A model generated the notes under the pieces. That model made no database searches. It was given only the letters and a program-made list of their open reading frames with translations, and had not been told where the DNA came from. Positions 49,820 to 59,558 of a stretch of DNA of 64,000 nt are shown here, piece by piece (within the stretch, counting starts at the first letter, position 1; every line of letters begins with the position of its first letter). A program made the position numbers and the translations under genes. Where the stretch lies: the NCBI GenBank assembly GCA_035250975.1, contig DATFEP010000061.1:96001-160000 (forward strand). The letters run 5' to 3'. Source of the stretch: Nitrososphaeraceae archaeon (lineage in GTDB: Archaea > Thermoproteota > Nitrososphaeria > Nitrososphaerales > Nitrososphaeraceae).

Positions 49820-51175
49820 ATGGCCATTCTACCAATAGATTCTGGAAGGTATGGTAGCAAGGAAATCAAAATGATCTTTGAAGAAGACAAAAAACTGGAA
49901 TATGCACTTCAATTTGAAGCCGCTGTTGCGTCGTCTCAATCAAGTCTAGGTTTAATACCCAAAGAGGCATCTGATGAGATAAATTTACATGTAAATTCTG
50001 GTAATATTACAGTAGCAAGGATTAAGGAACTTGAATCTACCACCGATCATGATATGGCTGCTCTCGTACAAGCTTTGAGTGAACAATGTTCCGAGAATAC
50101 AAAGCCTTGGGTACACTTTGGTCTAACGAGTAACGATATTGTTGATACTACTACGTCAATGCAGTTAAAAGATTCATTGGTTATAATAGAATCAAAAATT
50201 CGAACGCTAGCATCTTTATTTTCTGAGAAAGCTTTAGAATTTAAGAATCAGCCGGCAGTAGGTAGAACCCATGGACAACATGCTAGCATTATTCCATTCG
50301 GTTTAAAATTTGCAGTCTGGGCAATTGAAATGGTAAAACATATTGAAAGAATCAGAGAAGGAAAAAAGAGATTCCTGATCTGCAAAACTCTAGGTGTAGT
50401 GGGTACAGGATCTCTGATGGGAGAAAAAGCACTTGATGTTCAAAATAAAGTTGCTACCTCTCTGAATCTATATCCATCTGACGCTGCTACACAAGTAATT
50501 CCAAGAGAGAGGCTCGCAGAATTTCAATTTTTGATAGCACTTGTAGGTACGACTCTAGATAAAGTTGCAATAGAAATAAGGAATTTACAGCGTCCAGAAT
50601 TGGATGAAGTATCTGAATCTTTTAAGGAAGGTCAAATGGGAAGCAGCGCAGTGCCAGTAAAGAGAAATCCTATAAAAAGCGAAAGAGTATCATCCTTAGC
50701 AAAACTTTTGCGCCCATTAGTACAGGTTGCTATGGATAATATCAGTTTGTGGCATGAAAGAGATCTCTCTAATTCTGCAAATGAAAGATTCACAATTCCT
50801 ATGGGAATAATACTACTTGATGAGATGCTAAATACTATGATCAAAGTTATATCGGAACTGAATATTAACATTGATAAAATTTTTTCCAATATAGAAATTA
50901 CAAAGGGACAAATTTATGCAGAATTTGTTTTGGAATCATTGGTTAAAAAGGGAATTCCAAGAATAAATGCATATAGGGATATTCAAAGAATAGCCTTTGC
51001 GGCAAAAGAATCTGGAAAACACTTTATTCAGGCTATAAAGGATGATGATATATTATCATCTCATTTCAATGATGATGAACTTGATTCTCTATTTAAGCCA
51101 CAAAATCATTTTGCCTCAGCCATTCAAATCATAGAAAATGTTTCTAAGATTGTCTCGAAAGAATTTAAAAAATGA
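49820..51175 (+). CDS. purB: Adenylosuccinate lyase
   Basis: HFGLTSND, GRTHGQHA, GSSAVPVKRNP, WHERDLSNS. Confidence 0.96.
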   Translation: MAILPIDSGRYGSKEIKMIFEEDKKLEYALQFEAAVASSQSSLGLIPKEASDEINLHVNSGNITVARIKELESTTDHDMAALVQALSEQCSENTKPWVHFGLTSNDIVDTTTSMQLKDSLVIIESKIRTLASLFSEKALEFKNQPAVGRTHGQHASIIPFGLKFAVWAIEMVKHIERIREGKKRFLICKTLGVVGTGSLMGEKALDVQNKVATSLNLYPSDAATQVIPRERLAEFQFLIALVGTTLDKVAIEIRNLQRPELDEVSESFKEGQMGSSAVPVKRNPIKSERVSSLAKLLRPLVQVAMDNISLWHERDLSNSANERFTIPMGIILLDEMLNTMIKVISELNINIDKIFSNIEITKGQIYAEFVLESLVKKGIPRINAYRDIQRIAFAAKESGKHFIQAIKDDDILSSHFNDDELDSLFKPQNHFASAIQIIENVSKIVSKEFKK

Positions 51176-52116
51176 ATGAATTTCGTTGTCATTATTTACG
51201 TTTCATTTCTATCTAAAGATACAAAGATATCATCATAATATCTTTTCTTTTCTAACTTTTATAATTATAGTGGAAATACCAAAAATCTATGTACTGATTT
51301 TTAGTAGCATATAAAATTCTATGTTCCATTAATGACTCTTCTAATTTTAAATATTATATTTATTTCAAAGCCAGTGTTTTAGATAATAATTACAGCTTTT
51401 ATGACAACAGATATTGTTTTTATACCCATCTCTTTACTTTTTAAGAAAACATATTATTGAAAGAAACTAGTATTATCAAAATTAAAAAAGATATGATACA
51501 AAATAATTAAGTCACATGAATATATTCATGAAGATAAAAGAGCAAATGTGTTGTACCAGAGTTGTAACAACATATCGTAAATAATAGTTACACTATGCTT
51601 GCGAACGAATTTCAAGTTGAATTACGCAATACAGATAAAAATAATTCAATAGTCTAATATCATTCTGTTGAATGACGAATACCCAAGAAATTACGTGAGA
51701 ATATGCAACTTTAGCTTTCCTTTCTTCTGAATCCCTTGAAACGTTTTCATAAAAAGATATCATGTAATATTGAAAAACTTTGTTAAATATGTGCAAGATC
51801 AATTACCATCACAAGAAAGAATACTAGGACTGATGTCCGGATAGCTGCGTCATTCAAGTTGAATGCAAATTTGATATGCTGCTTTAAAGTGTTATTCATA
51901 ATAAAAGTAATCCAGTATAGTCAGAAGATGAAATAACAATAAGGTATATAATGAAAATCTAAATCATGAATGCAATAACAACTAAACGTAGGATTAAAAT
52001 ACATAAAAGAATCAGTACACCTAATTATAATTAATATCTTGTTTATTAATAATTAAAATTTGTTATTTTATATTATTAAAGTAATATATTCAACAGTTAT
52101 TATAATATTGTTTTGA

Positions 52117-52911
52117 TCAATGATTTATTTTAGTCAATAAAAGTTTTCTTATTTCATCCTCCTTCTTTATACCTTTTATAAGGTTTTTGTGAATTAAAGA
52201 ACCGTATTGCAAAGCTTTTTTTGGCTGTAGAGCTGCTTCAACTGGTACATTCAACAAAATGGCCACTTCTCGTAAAATATGTTTTCTGAGTAAGTCATTT
52301 GAACTTGTAATCTTTTTATCTATTGGTATTTTTTTTGCGTATTCTATAAAATCACACGATAAAAAAGGTTGCTTAATGGAAACGTTAAATTCATTTGAAA
52401 CCTCCTGTATTTCCTTAACAAGCATTTGTTCATTTTCTATTTTTTTATCCATAAATTTATTTATTTCCACAATTCCGTCTGAAAATATTTGTCTGTATCT
52501 GTCATACCCACAAAATAATTCGTCGAAGCCATTAGCAGTGAGAACAGTGTTAAACCCATTCGATGAAGCTAAAAAAGAAATATAATAGAAAGCGACACAA
52601 TTTTCGATGTGAGATAAATTGTTACATGGTATATTCTTTATAATTTTTTTCAAGACGATAATAAAATTCTCGATATTGATTTCATAAGTTATATGTTTTA
52701 TACTCATTTTGTTAGAAATAAATTTAGAAAATTCAATATCATGGGAACCTGGAAAACCTATTGAGAGTAAGGTAACATCTTTAAAATTATCTTTTACAAT
52801 CTTTGCTAACAACGAACTATCTAATCCGCCAGAAAAAGCAATAGCAAAATTTTCCCTTCTAGCCACACTAATATCTATTGATTTTACAATTTCATAAATG
52901 ATATCAAGCAA
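52117..52911 (-). CDS. Asparagine-synthetase-like ATP pyrophosphatase domain only (no glutamine amidotransferase domain)
   Basis: AFSGGLDS at residue about 25, ANGFDELFCGYDRY, QPFL, KHILREVA, KKALQYGS; no N-terminal Cys-GATase domain. Confidence 0.85.
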   Translation of the reverse strand: MLDIIYEIVKSIDISVARRENFAIAFSGGLDSSLLAKIVKDNFKDVTLLSIGFPGSHDIEFSKFISNKMSIKHITYEINIENFIIVLKKIIKNIPCNNLSHIENCVAFYYISFLASSNGFNTVLTANGFDELFCGYDRYRQIFSDGIVEINKFMDKKIENEQMLVKEIQEVSNEFNVSIKQPFLSCDFIEYAKKIPIDKKITSSNDLLRKHILREVAILLNVPVEAALQPKKALQYGSLIHKNLIKGIKKEDEIRKLLLTKINH

Positions 52912-53115
52912 TTATCATTCAATTCAAGTATCCTTTTACTCTAACTTTTAAATATACCTTTTTAAATTTTCTGACAATTTTATATTGTTTTTTAAATTTT
53001 GTTTATTACTCAAAGAAAATATTCTTCTACAGTATTCAAGGTTTAAAAATAGTAATTAGTTATTATCATTAAAGATTTTTATATAAAATATTTCGATATT
53101 TAATTTAGTTAAGCT

Positions 53116-53928
53116 ATGACTCGTAATCTCGTGGAAAGCGATATTAAATATATCAATCATAATGGAGTACATCTCTCAAATAGAACTAAATTATCTTTAT
53201 CAAATTTATTCATTTTTTTAGGAAAAGATCATGAAATTGATGCAAAAATTATGTCACCTAATAATAAAATGTTTATCATTGATTTCAAGATTGAAGACAA
53301 CAAGTTTATACAAGTAATAGATTCTCAGGATGACATTGATAAATTTAATAAGATCAAAGAAGATTTACCAGATCTTGATATTGTAGCAATTGGTTCATCA
53401 AAATATGCCGGAAAATCAACAGAATTTGAATCATTATTCCTGTTTGATTCTAAAAATTGCCGTATAGGTTCTATTTTTATTGAGGATCCTTCCTTGTCTT
53501 TTGATTACGCCCATATTCTACCTCTAGTTACAAAATGCTCCATTCTTCATGGACATACATCAACAGTAATGGTTGAAATCATTGGAAATATGAGTAATGG
53601 CTTAGTTATGGATTTTAGTGAGGCTAAAAGACTTATCAAAGAGTCAATTAATGATCTAGATCATAAATTTTTTATCAATAGACGATATCTACTAAAAGAA
53701 GATGAAATCTATTATTTTGTTCAGTTTGAGGGACCTAGAGGATTTTTCAATCTCCAATTACCAAAGTCAACGGTCTATCTTTTAGAAGATGAGGCTACCG
53801 TGGAAAATCTTTCTAGGGAGATAATAAAAATCCTTTCTCCAAAAATGCCTAAAAATATCGATGCGTTGGGAGTTTATATTTACGAAGGAGTCAACAAAGG
53901 CGCCCACCTACTGGCCAATCTAAAATAG
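53116..53928 (+). CDS. queD: 6-carboxytetrahydropterin synthase (QueD / PTPS-I) with an extra N-terminal domain of about 115 aa
   Basis: FDYAH, CSILHGH (CxxxHGH), MDF, LDHK, TVENL, YEG. Confidence 0.85.
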   Translation: MTRNLVESDIKYINHNGVHLSNRTKLSLSNLFIFLGKDHEIDAKIMSPNNKMFIIDFKIEDNKFIQVIDSQDDIDKFNKIKEDLPDLDIVAIGSSKYAGKSTEFESLFLFDSKNCRIGSIFIEDPSLSFDYAHILPLVTKCSILHGHTSTVMVEIIGNMSNGLVMDFSEAKRLIKESINDLDHKFFINRRYLLKEDEIYYFVQFEGPRGFFNLQLPKSTVYLLEDEATVENLSREIIKILSPKMPKNIDALGVYIYEGVNKGAHLLANLK

Positions 53929-54091
53929 ATTCGTTATACCCTATTGGTATTTCATCATTTTCTTCTTGTGTTCCTTTTCAAATTTAATATCTAATTTTTT
54001 AGACTGGAGAATAATATTCCATCAAATATACATATATCGATACTAACGTTAATAACCACATTGTAATATTAAGACTAACTAAATCTGAGAG

Positions 54092-56488
54092 ATGGAACCT
54101 AAAATCAATTTAAAATCTTGGAATCATATATTAGAATCAAAAATTCTCAAATCTTGGGAAGACGAAGATCTATATAATTTTAATTTAAAAGAAAATAATA
54201 TTAAAAATATATTTGTAATAGACACTCCCCCACCATATCCATCAGGAAGACCATGGCATATTGGAGCGGCAGCACATTATGCACAGATTGATATGATTGC
54301 AAGAACAGCGAGAATGGATGGAAAGATTGTTATGTTTCCAATTGGGATAGATCGAAATGGTCTTCCAGTTGAAATTTACACTGAAAGAAAATACAAGGTC
54401 AAAATGAGACAAATGGAAAGGGAAAAATTCCTAGACCTGTGCAAGTCTGCCCTTGATGATCTTGAATCAGAAATGATCAATATCATGAAAAATCTTGGAA
54501 TTAGTGCGAACTTTAAAGAATATTATAGGACAGATTCGGTTGAATTTAGGTCTCTCACTCAGAAAACATTTATCGATTTGTGGAATAAAGGTCTTGTATA
54601 CATTTCTAATAGACCTAATAATTATTGTACAGATTGTGGTACAACTATTGCGGATGCAGAAATAATTTATGAAGATCTTCCGACAAATTTAGTTTACATG
54701 TATTTCGATATTGAAAATAGCAATACTGATAAATTAATTATAGCATCAACTCGTCCAGAATTGCTTTTTGCATGTCAAGCTGTCATAGTTAATCCTAAAG
54801 ATGATCGGTATTATCCATTCCACGGAAAAAAAGTAATACTGCCACTTTTCAAAAGGAAAGTACCAATTCTTGTTCATCACTCAGTAAAACCAGAATTTGG
54901 AACAGGTATGGTAATGGTATGTAGTTACGGGGATCAAAATGATGTGCAAGTTTTTAGAGACTTGAACCTAAAGGAAATAGTTGCACTTGATCAAAATGGT
55001 TACACCACAGATGAGGCTAAGCCTTACCAAAATTTAATGATTAATAATGCAAGAGAAAAAATAGTTAAAGATTTAAGAGAAGGCGGCTTCGTTGAACGGG
55101 AGGAAAAAGTAGTTCATCGTACACCACTTTGTGAGAGAAGTAAGACGCCAGTACAAATTATCCCTCTACATGACTATTATTTGAAGCAATTAGAATATGT
55201 GCCAGTTTTGAAAGGCATCTCAAAAAATATTTGTTTTTATCCTGAGATACATAAACAGATCTTAAATAATTGGCTTGACGCAATTTCAATAGATTGGCCA
55301 ATTTCAAGAAGAAGATTTTATGGTACTGAAATACCTGTATGGTTTTGTAATAAATGTCAGACTCCAAATCTTCCTGATTCTGGACAGTATTATCAGCCTT
55401 GGAAGGAAAGACCGCCTTTCGACACCTGTTCCAAATGTGGATCAACAGAGTTTACTGGAGAGGAAAAAACTTTTGATACATGGATGGACTCTAGTATTAC
55501 ACCGTTATTTATTTCTAAATTCTCCCGAGATGCGAAATTTTACAAGCATACTTATCCTTGTACAATTAGACCCCAAGCAAAGGATATCATAAGAACGTGG
55601 TTATATTATACTCTGCTTAGATGTTACCAACTTACGGATACATTGGCTTGGAATAATGCATGGGTTATGGGTTATGGGGTTGACGAAAAAGGGAAAAAAA
55701 TGAGTAAAAGTAAAGGTAATGTCATTGATCCTTTTCCTGTTATACAGCAGTTTGGAGCTGATACATTTAGATTTTGGTCTGCAAGTGAAACAAATTTAGG
55801 TCAAGATTTTCGTTGTTCTGAGCAAAGTATATCTATCTCTCAAAAATTTTTGTCTAAATTGTGGAATATAGGAAGATTTCTATCATCATTTCCAATCCCT
55901 AAAGAAATTTATGCAGATATAGATGTAAAAAATATTTTACCAACTGATAAATGGATACTTTCAGAATTATTCAGACTTGTTGAGAATTGTAGTAAGGGAT
56001 ATAATATCTTTAATTTTTTCATTCCTTCCAATCATATACGTGACTTTACTTGGAATCTTTTTGCGTCCCACTATGTTGAGATGGTCAAGTCACGAGTCTA
56101 TGATGATTCCGATCCAACCGCTCAAAATTCTGCACTTTATGCATTGCATAAATGTTTTTCAACCATACTGCTATTACTTGCACCAATTTGCCCTTTCATT
56201 ACTGAAGAATTATGGAAAACACTTTATTCTTCGCAAAGTATCCATTTACAGAAAAAACCATTGACAAATGATTTTTTCAAAGATTTTGAAAAATTTACAG
56301 AAAAAATCGTCGAATTTAACTCCTTTGTATGGAATAAGAAAAAAGAATCTATTAATCCAGATACTGGTAAACCGGCTTCCTTAAAAGACCCTATCTCACT
56401 TTCTGTTCCATCAGAGTTGCAAGAATTCGAAAAAGATCTTCAGTATATGCACAATTTGCATAATATCAATAATATTAACGATAATTGA
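54092..56488 (+). CDS. valS: Valine--tRNA ligase
   Basis: IDTPPPY, HIGA, DWPISRRR, DTWMDS, RPQAKDII, KMSKSKGN. Confidence 0.95.
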   Translation: MEPKINLKSWNHILESKILKSWEDEDLYNFNLKENNIKNIFVIDTPPPYPSGRPWHIGAAAHYAQIDMIARTARMDGKIVMFPIGIDRNGLPVEIYTERKYKVKMRQMEREKFLDLCKSALDDLESEMINIMKNLGISANFKEYYRTDSVEFRSLTQKTFIDLWNKGLVYISNRPNNYCTDCGTTIADAEIIYEDLPTNLVYMYFDIENSNTDKLIIASTRPELLFACQAVIVNPKDDRYYPFHGKKVILPLFKRKVPILVHHSVKPEFGTGMVMVCSYGDQNDVQVFRDLNLKEIVALDQNGYTTDEAKPYQNLMINNAREKIVKDLREGGFVEREEKVVHRTPLCERSKTPVQIIPLHDYYLKQLEYVPVLKGISKNICFYPEIHKQILNNWLDAISIDWPISRRRFYGTEIPVWFCNKCQTPNLPDSGQYYQPWKERPPFDTCSKCGSTEFTGEEKTFDTWMDSSITPLFISKFSRDAKFYKHTYPCTIRPQAKDIIRTWLYYTLLRCYQLTDTLAWNNAWVMGYGVDEKGKKMSKSKGNVIDPFPVIQQFGADTFRFWSASETNLGQDFRCSEQSISISQKFLSKLWNIGRFLSSFPIPKEIYADIDVKNILPTDKWILSELFRLVENCSKGYNIFNFFIPSNHIRDFTWNLFASHYVEMVKSRVYDDSDPTAQNSALYALHKCFSTILLLLAPICPFITEELWKTLYSSQSIHLQKKPLTNDFFKDFEKFTEKIVEFNSFVWNKKKESINPDTGKPASLKDPISLSVPSELQEFEKDLQYMHNLHNINNINDN

Positions 56489-56564
56489 ATGTTATTTCTA
56501 TTTAATTTATGAAATTGCGAAAAGAAAAATAAAGATTGATAATACTACATTAAATTAAAAACAA

Positions 56565-56951
56565 TTAACTATCTATCTTACCATCAATCATGTCTAAAGA
56601 ATCTTCCGCTATGTCGATTACTGTATGCGAATCAATATTCGGTTCCAAAGTAATCAAAACTACCATTTTATCTAAGTAAATTGTCAGAATAGATATTTTT
56701 TCACGTTCTACGTAGGAGAATCTAACCTTTCCCAAGGTTTCGTCAAATCTTTCTCTCATGGATCTTCTAATAGATGTTTGAGCAAGATATAGTTCCTCGC
56801 TTGTTTCATCTACAATAGAATCAATACCTCTCCTCATACCACCAGCTATCAATGTCCCGCTCTCATCAACTACCCCGGCATATCTTATGTCATCATGTAA
56901 AGCAAATATCGATTTACATAACTTGTTGTAATCCATTGGTAAGTTAACCAA
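56565..56951 (-). CDS. Thaumarchaeal conserved protein (DUF6659 / roadblock-like)
   Basis: IRYAGVVD..G.LIAGG.R, LG.V.F..VER.K pattern seen in a multi-copy thaumarchaeal family. Confidence 0.7.
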   Translation of the reverse strand: MVNLPMDYNKLCKSIFALHDDIRYAGVVDESGTLIAGGMRRGIDSIVDETSEELYLAQTSIRRSMRERFDETLGKVRFSYVEREKISILTIYLDKMVVLITLEPNIDSHTVIDIAEDSLDMIDGKIDS

Positions 56952-57957
56952 TAATTCTATTATTGAATGTTCGGGTTGTTCTTAAAAATAAATAACTAAG
57001 ACTAATAAATCAGATTTTAGACTAAAGCCAGCCTAACTTCAGCTTGAATTTAACATACAAGAAAAACATATATCTGAATACAAGAAAAACACGATTTTTA
57101 GTGATTTTTCTCATTCTGCTCAAACGATATTTTACAAACGACATTGTTACTTCAATAATGATATACAAACATCTTTCACTTAAAGTTTACCAGAAATGAA
57201 TTTATTTATTTTTAATAAATTTTATTTATAAATTTTATATAGAACTTATGACATCTTCGTTAATAGATTTAACAAATTATGGGCCGTTAATAATTTCTTA
57301 TTCCTATTAATTAAATGCTTGATATTAAACCAAAAAAATCTACGTTCATTTAAGATAATTCAAGGAACTGTTTCAACAAACAAAATTTAATAGCTAGAAC
57401 TTGAAATCATCACTGACATTTTTAGAGATATCAAGAATATTTTGTAGATGAAGGTAATTGGCTTTTCTCTAGACCTTTATTTTGCAATATTAATGTCATT
57501 TTTCAAATAAGTAAAACATTATGCCGTTTTATGAAAAATATATTTCTATATAATAGCCATATAAGTATTAACAAAATACTATATTTATAATGTATATTTT
57601 CATTACCGTTCTGGCAATGCCATTAAATAGTAATATTTCCAAGTTTTATAACAATATTATTTATATTTAGTCACTTTTATTTTTTATAATATCGTATTTA
57701 TAAAGCTATATTTATCTAAACATTGAGGGAAAAAAGATAATAATTTGAGGTAGTAGATTTTAGGTTAGCTTGTTCCAAGTCTTTTTACGAAAACTCATAT
57801 TTTCTCGAGTTAACTCTTCAAATTAAACATCCCAGTATACAACAAACATGAAAAAACCAAAATGAGTTGAATTGAAATATTGATTAAGTAGATGCAAAAT
57901 TTGATCTAATATTGTTAACTTTGATATAGTAAATAATTTAGCAATTTTTTTCTCAAT
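56952..57957. other. Candidate chromosomal replication origin
   Basis: About 1 kb ORF-free, very AT-rich gap directly downstream of cdc6 and a wHTH gene. Contains AT-only tracts, a 14-bp direct repeat and recurrent TT(T/C)CAAG-like words; no canonical ORB recognised. Confidence 0.45.
57055..57091. repeat. 14-bp direct repeat atacaagaaaaaca (57055-57068, 57078-57091)
   Basis: Read directly; period 23 nt. Confidence 0.9.
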
Positions 57958-58263
57958 CTAAAGATAATGTTTTTCGCCAGTATATCCTATATCCTGAAAA
58001 AATGAAATTATTTTTTTGATATACTTATCCTCTCTATTTAATGAATAAACATAATTTCCTAATTTCTGTTCGATTACCCAATTTATCTGTATCAACTCTG
58101 ATAAATTTCTTTTAATATCTTCTCTTTTCAAGTGCGTTTTTTTGTGAAGAGCATAAACGGTAAACAATTTGTTTTCTTCCGCCATTGTTCTTAATATTCT
58201 TATTTTTCCTATTGTTCCAAAACCCGTTTCCATTATATCTTTTACAGATCTATCTTCATTCAT
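57958..58263 (-). CDS. Winged-helix (ArsR-like) DNA-binding protein downstream of cdc6
   Basis: GKIRILRTMA, helix-turn-helix LHKKTHLKREDIKRNL, wing VYSLN; starts 3 nt after the cdc6 stop. Confidence 0.75.
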   Translation of the reverse strand: MNEDRSVKDIMETGFGTIGKIRILRTMAEENKLFTVYALHKKTHLKREDIKRNLSELIQINWVIEQKLGNYVYSLNREDKYIKKIISFFQDIGYTGEKHYL

Positions 58264-58266
58264 CTT

Positions 58267-59430
58267 CTAACTCTTCTTTCCATTTATGATATCTTCTAAA
58301 ATTTTTTCTAGTTTATCAATAGATGCAGATAACAAACTAATCTTTTTAAGTGAATGAATTCTTATTATTTTCTTTGTATCCAGTTCAGTCAAGATGTCTT
58401 CTACATCAAGTTTTTTTATCTTATTTTCTTCAGAGATATCTAGGACCTGCATTCTGATCTCTTTTAGTTCTACATAATCCTTTTTTTTGATTCGCAATCC
58501 TCTAATTATTGCTAGTAGTATAACAATTTGTTCTTTGGATAAATCCTTAATATCCTCATCGGTTATCCCTTTATAAATTTGTTCATGTACTCTTTTAACT
58601 TGGTCTAAGAGTATTTTTTTTGTCCCTTCATTCTCCGCAATATTTCCTGCATATGTTAAAAGATCTAATGCGTATCTAATATCCCCATTTATCTCAGATG
58701 AAATAATTATCCTTGAGATCCAATCTATTATATCTGTAGAGATGACCTCTTTGTGGAAAGCCTCTACTGATCTTTGTACGAGTATATCACTGACTTGTTC
58801 AATTGTATATGTTGGAAATTCAATTGGTACTCTTCCTAAAGAACTTAATTCTGCTTCATCTAATTTTTCATAAAATTCAGTACTTCTAGCAATAAATATG
58901 ACTCCTTTAACATTACATCTCTTATTAGGGTTGAATTCATTGAGACGGGTCAAGTCATAAATTATTCCAATATCCTTTGATATCTTGATAAGATAATCAA
59001 TCTCATCCAATATTATTAAAGCATAAGATGACGTATTATCGAGATAGTCAATCATTTGTCTTAACATCTCCTCAGCGCTCAATCCTTGTGCTGGTAATTC
59101 CGGAGCGATACACCCAAGCATATATTTATAAATCGCGTATTTGTTACCACCTTGTAATTTTAGATTAATACATACAATTTTCGAATTAATTTTATTATTT
59201 GCTAGTTCTTCTTTTAATAAATTTCCAAATCTAATAAGTGTAGATGTCTTACCAATTCCAGCTTGACCTATTATCTGTAAAATTGTTAGGGGGTATTTGT
59301 CAGGATCGTTTTTTAAATTACTAAATATTCTTTTGAGTAGATCAATTTGTTTTTCCCTGTGTGGTAACTCTTTTGGAATATATCTTGGCGAAAGTTTAGT
59401 CCGATCCTTAAAAATGAAGTTTCCCTCCAT
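58267..59430 (-). CDS. cdc6: Orc1/Cdc6 replication initiator
   Basis: IFKDRTKLSPRYIPKELPHRE, GQAGIGKT, ILDEID, FPTYT, GDIRYALDLL. Confidence 0.93.
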   Translation of the reverse strand: MEGNFIFKDRTKLSPRYIPKELPHREKQIDLLKRIFSNLKNDPDKYPLTILQIIGQAGIGKTSTLIRFGNLLKEELANNKINSKIVCINLKLQGGNKYAIYKYMLGCIAPELPAQGLSAEEMLRQMIDYLDNTSSYALIILDEIDYLIKISKDIGIIYDLTRLNEFNPNKRCNVKGVIFIARSTEFYEKLDEAELSSLGRVPIEFPTYTIEQVSDILVQRSVEAFHKEVISTDIIDWISRIIISSEINGDIRYALDLLTYAGNIAENEGTKKILLDQVKRVHEQIYKGITDEDIKDLSKEQIVILLAIIRGLRIKKKDYVELKEIRMQVLDISEENKIKKLDVEDILTELDTKKIIRIHSLKKISLLSASIDKLEKILEDIINGKKS

Positions 59431-59558
59431 GAGATTATTTATTCATAATCTATCTAGTTGTTATTATTATTTCTTTATGATTTTTAGACTCGATCAAAAT
59501 AAATTAATAGTATATTGGTCAATTCGTTAGTATCCTCAGATCCAACATATTGATTATC

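Noticed and set aside
52117-52911. Calling the SGGLDS protein QueC
   Set aside because: It lacks the C-terminal QueC Zn-binding cysteines and has the AsnB-type DELFxGY motif.
57016-57775. DtxR-like boxes (cagcctaac near 57030, ttaggttagc near 57760)
   Set aside because: Only half-site similarity, and no metal-related gene is positioned to be controlled.
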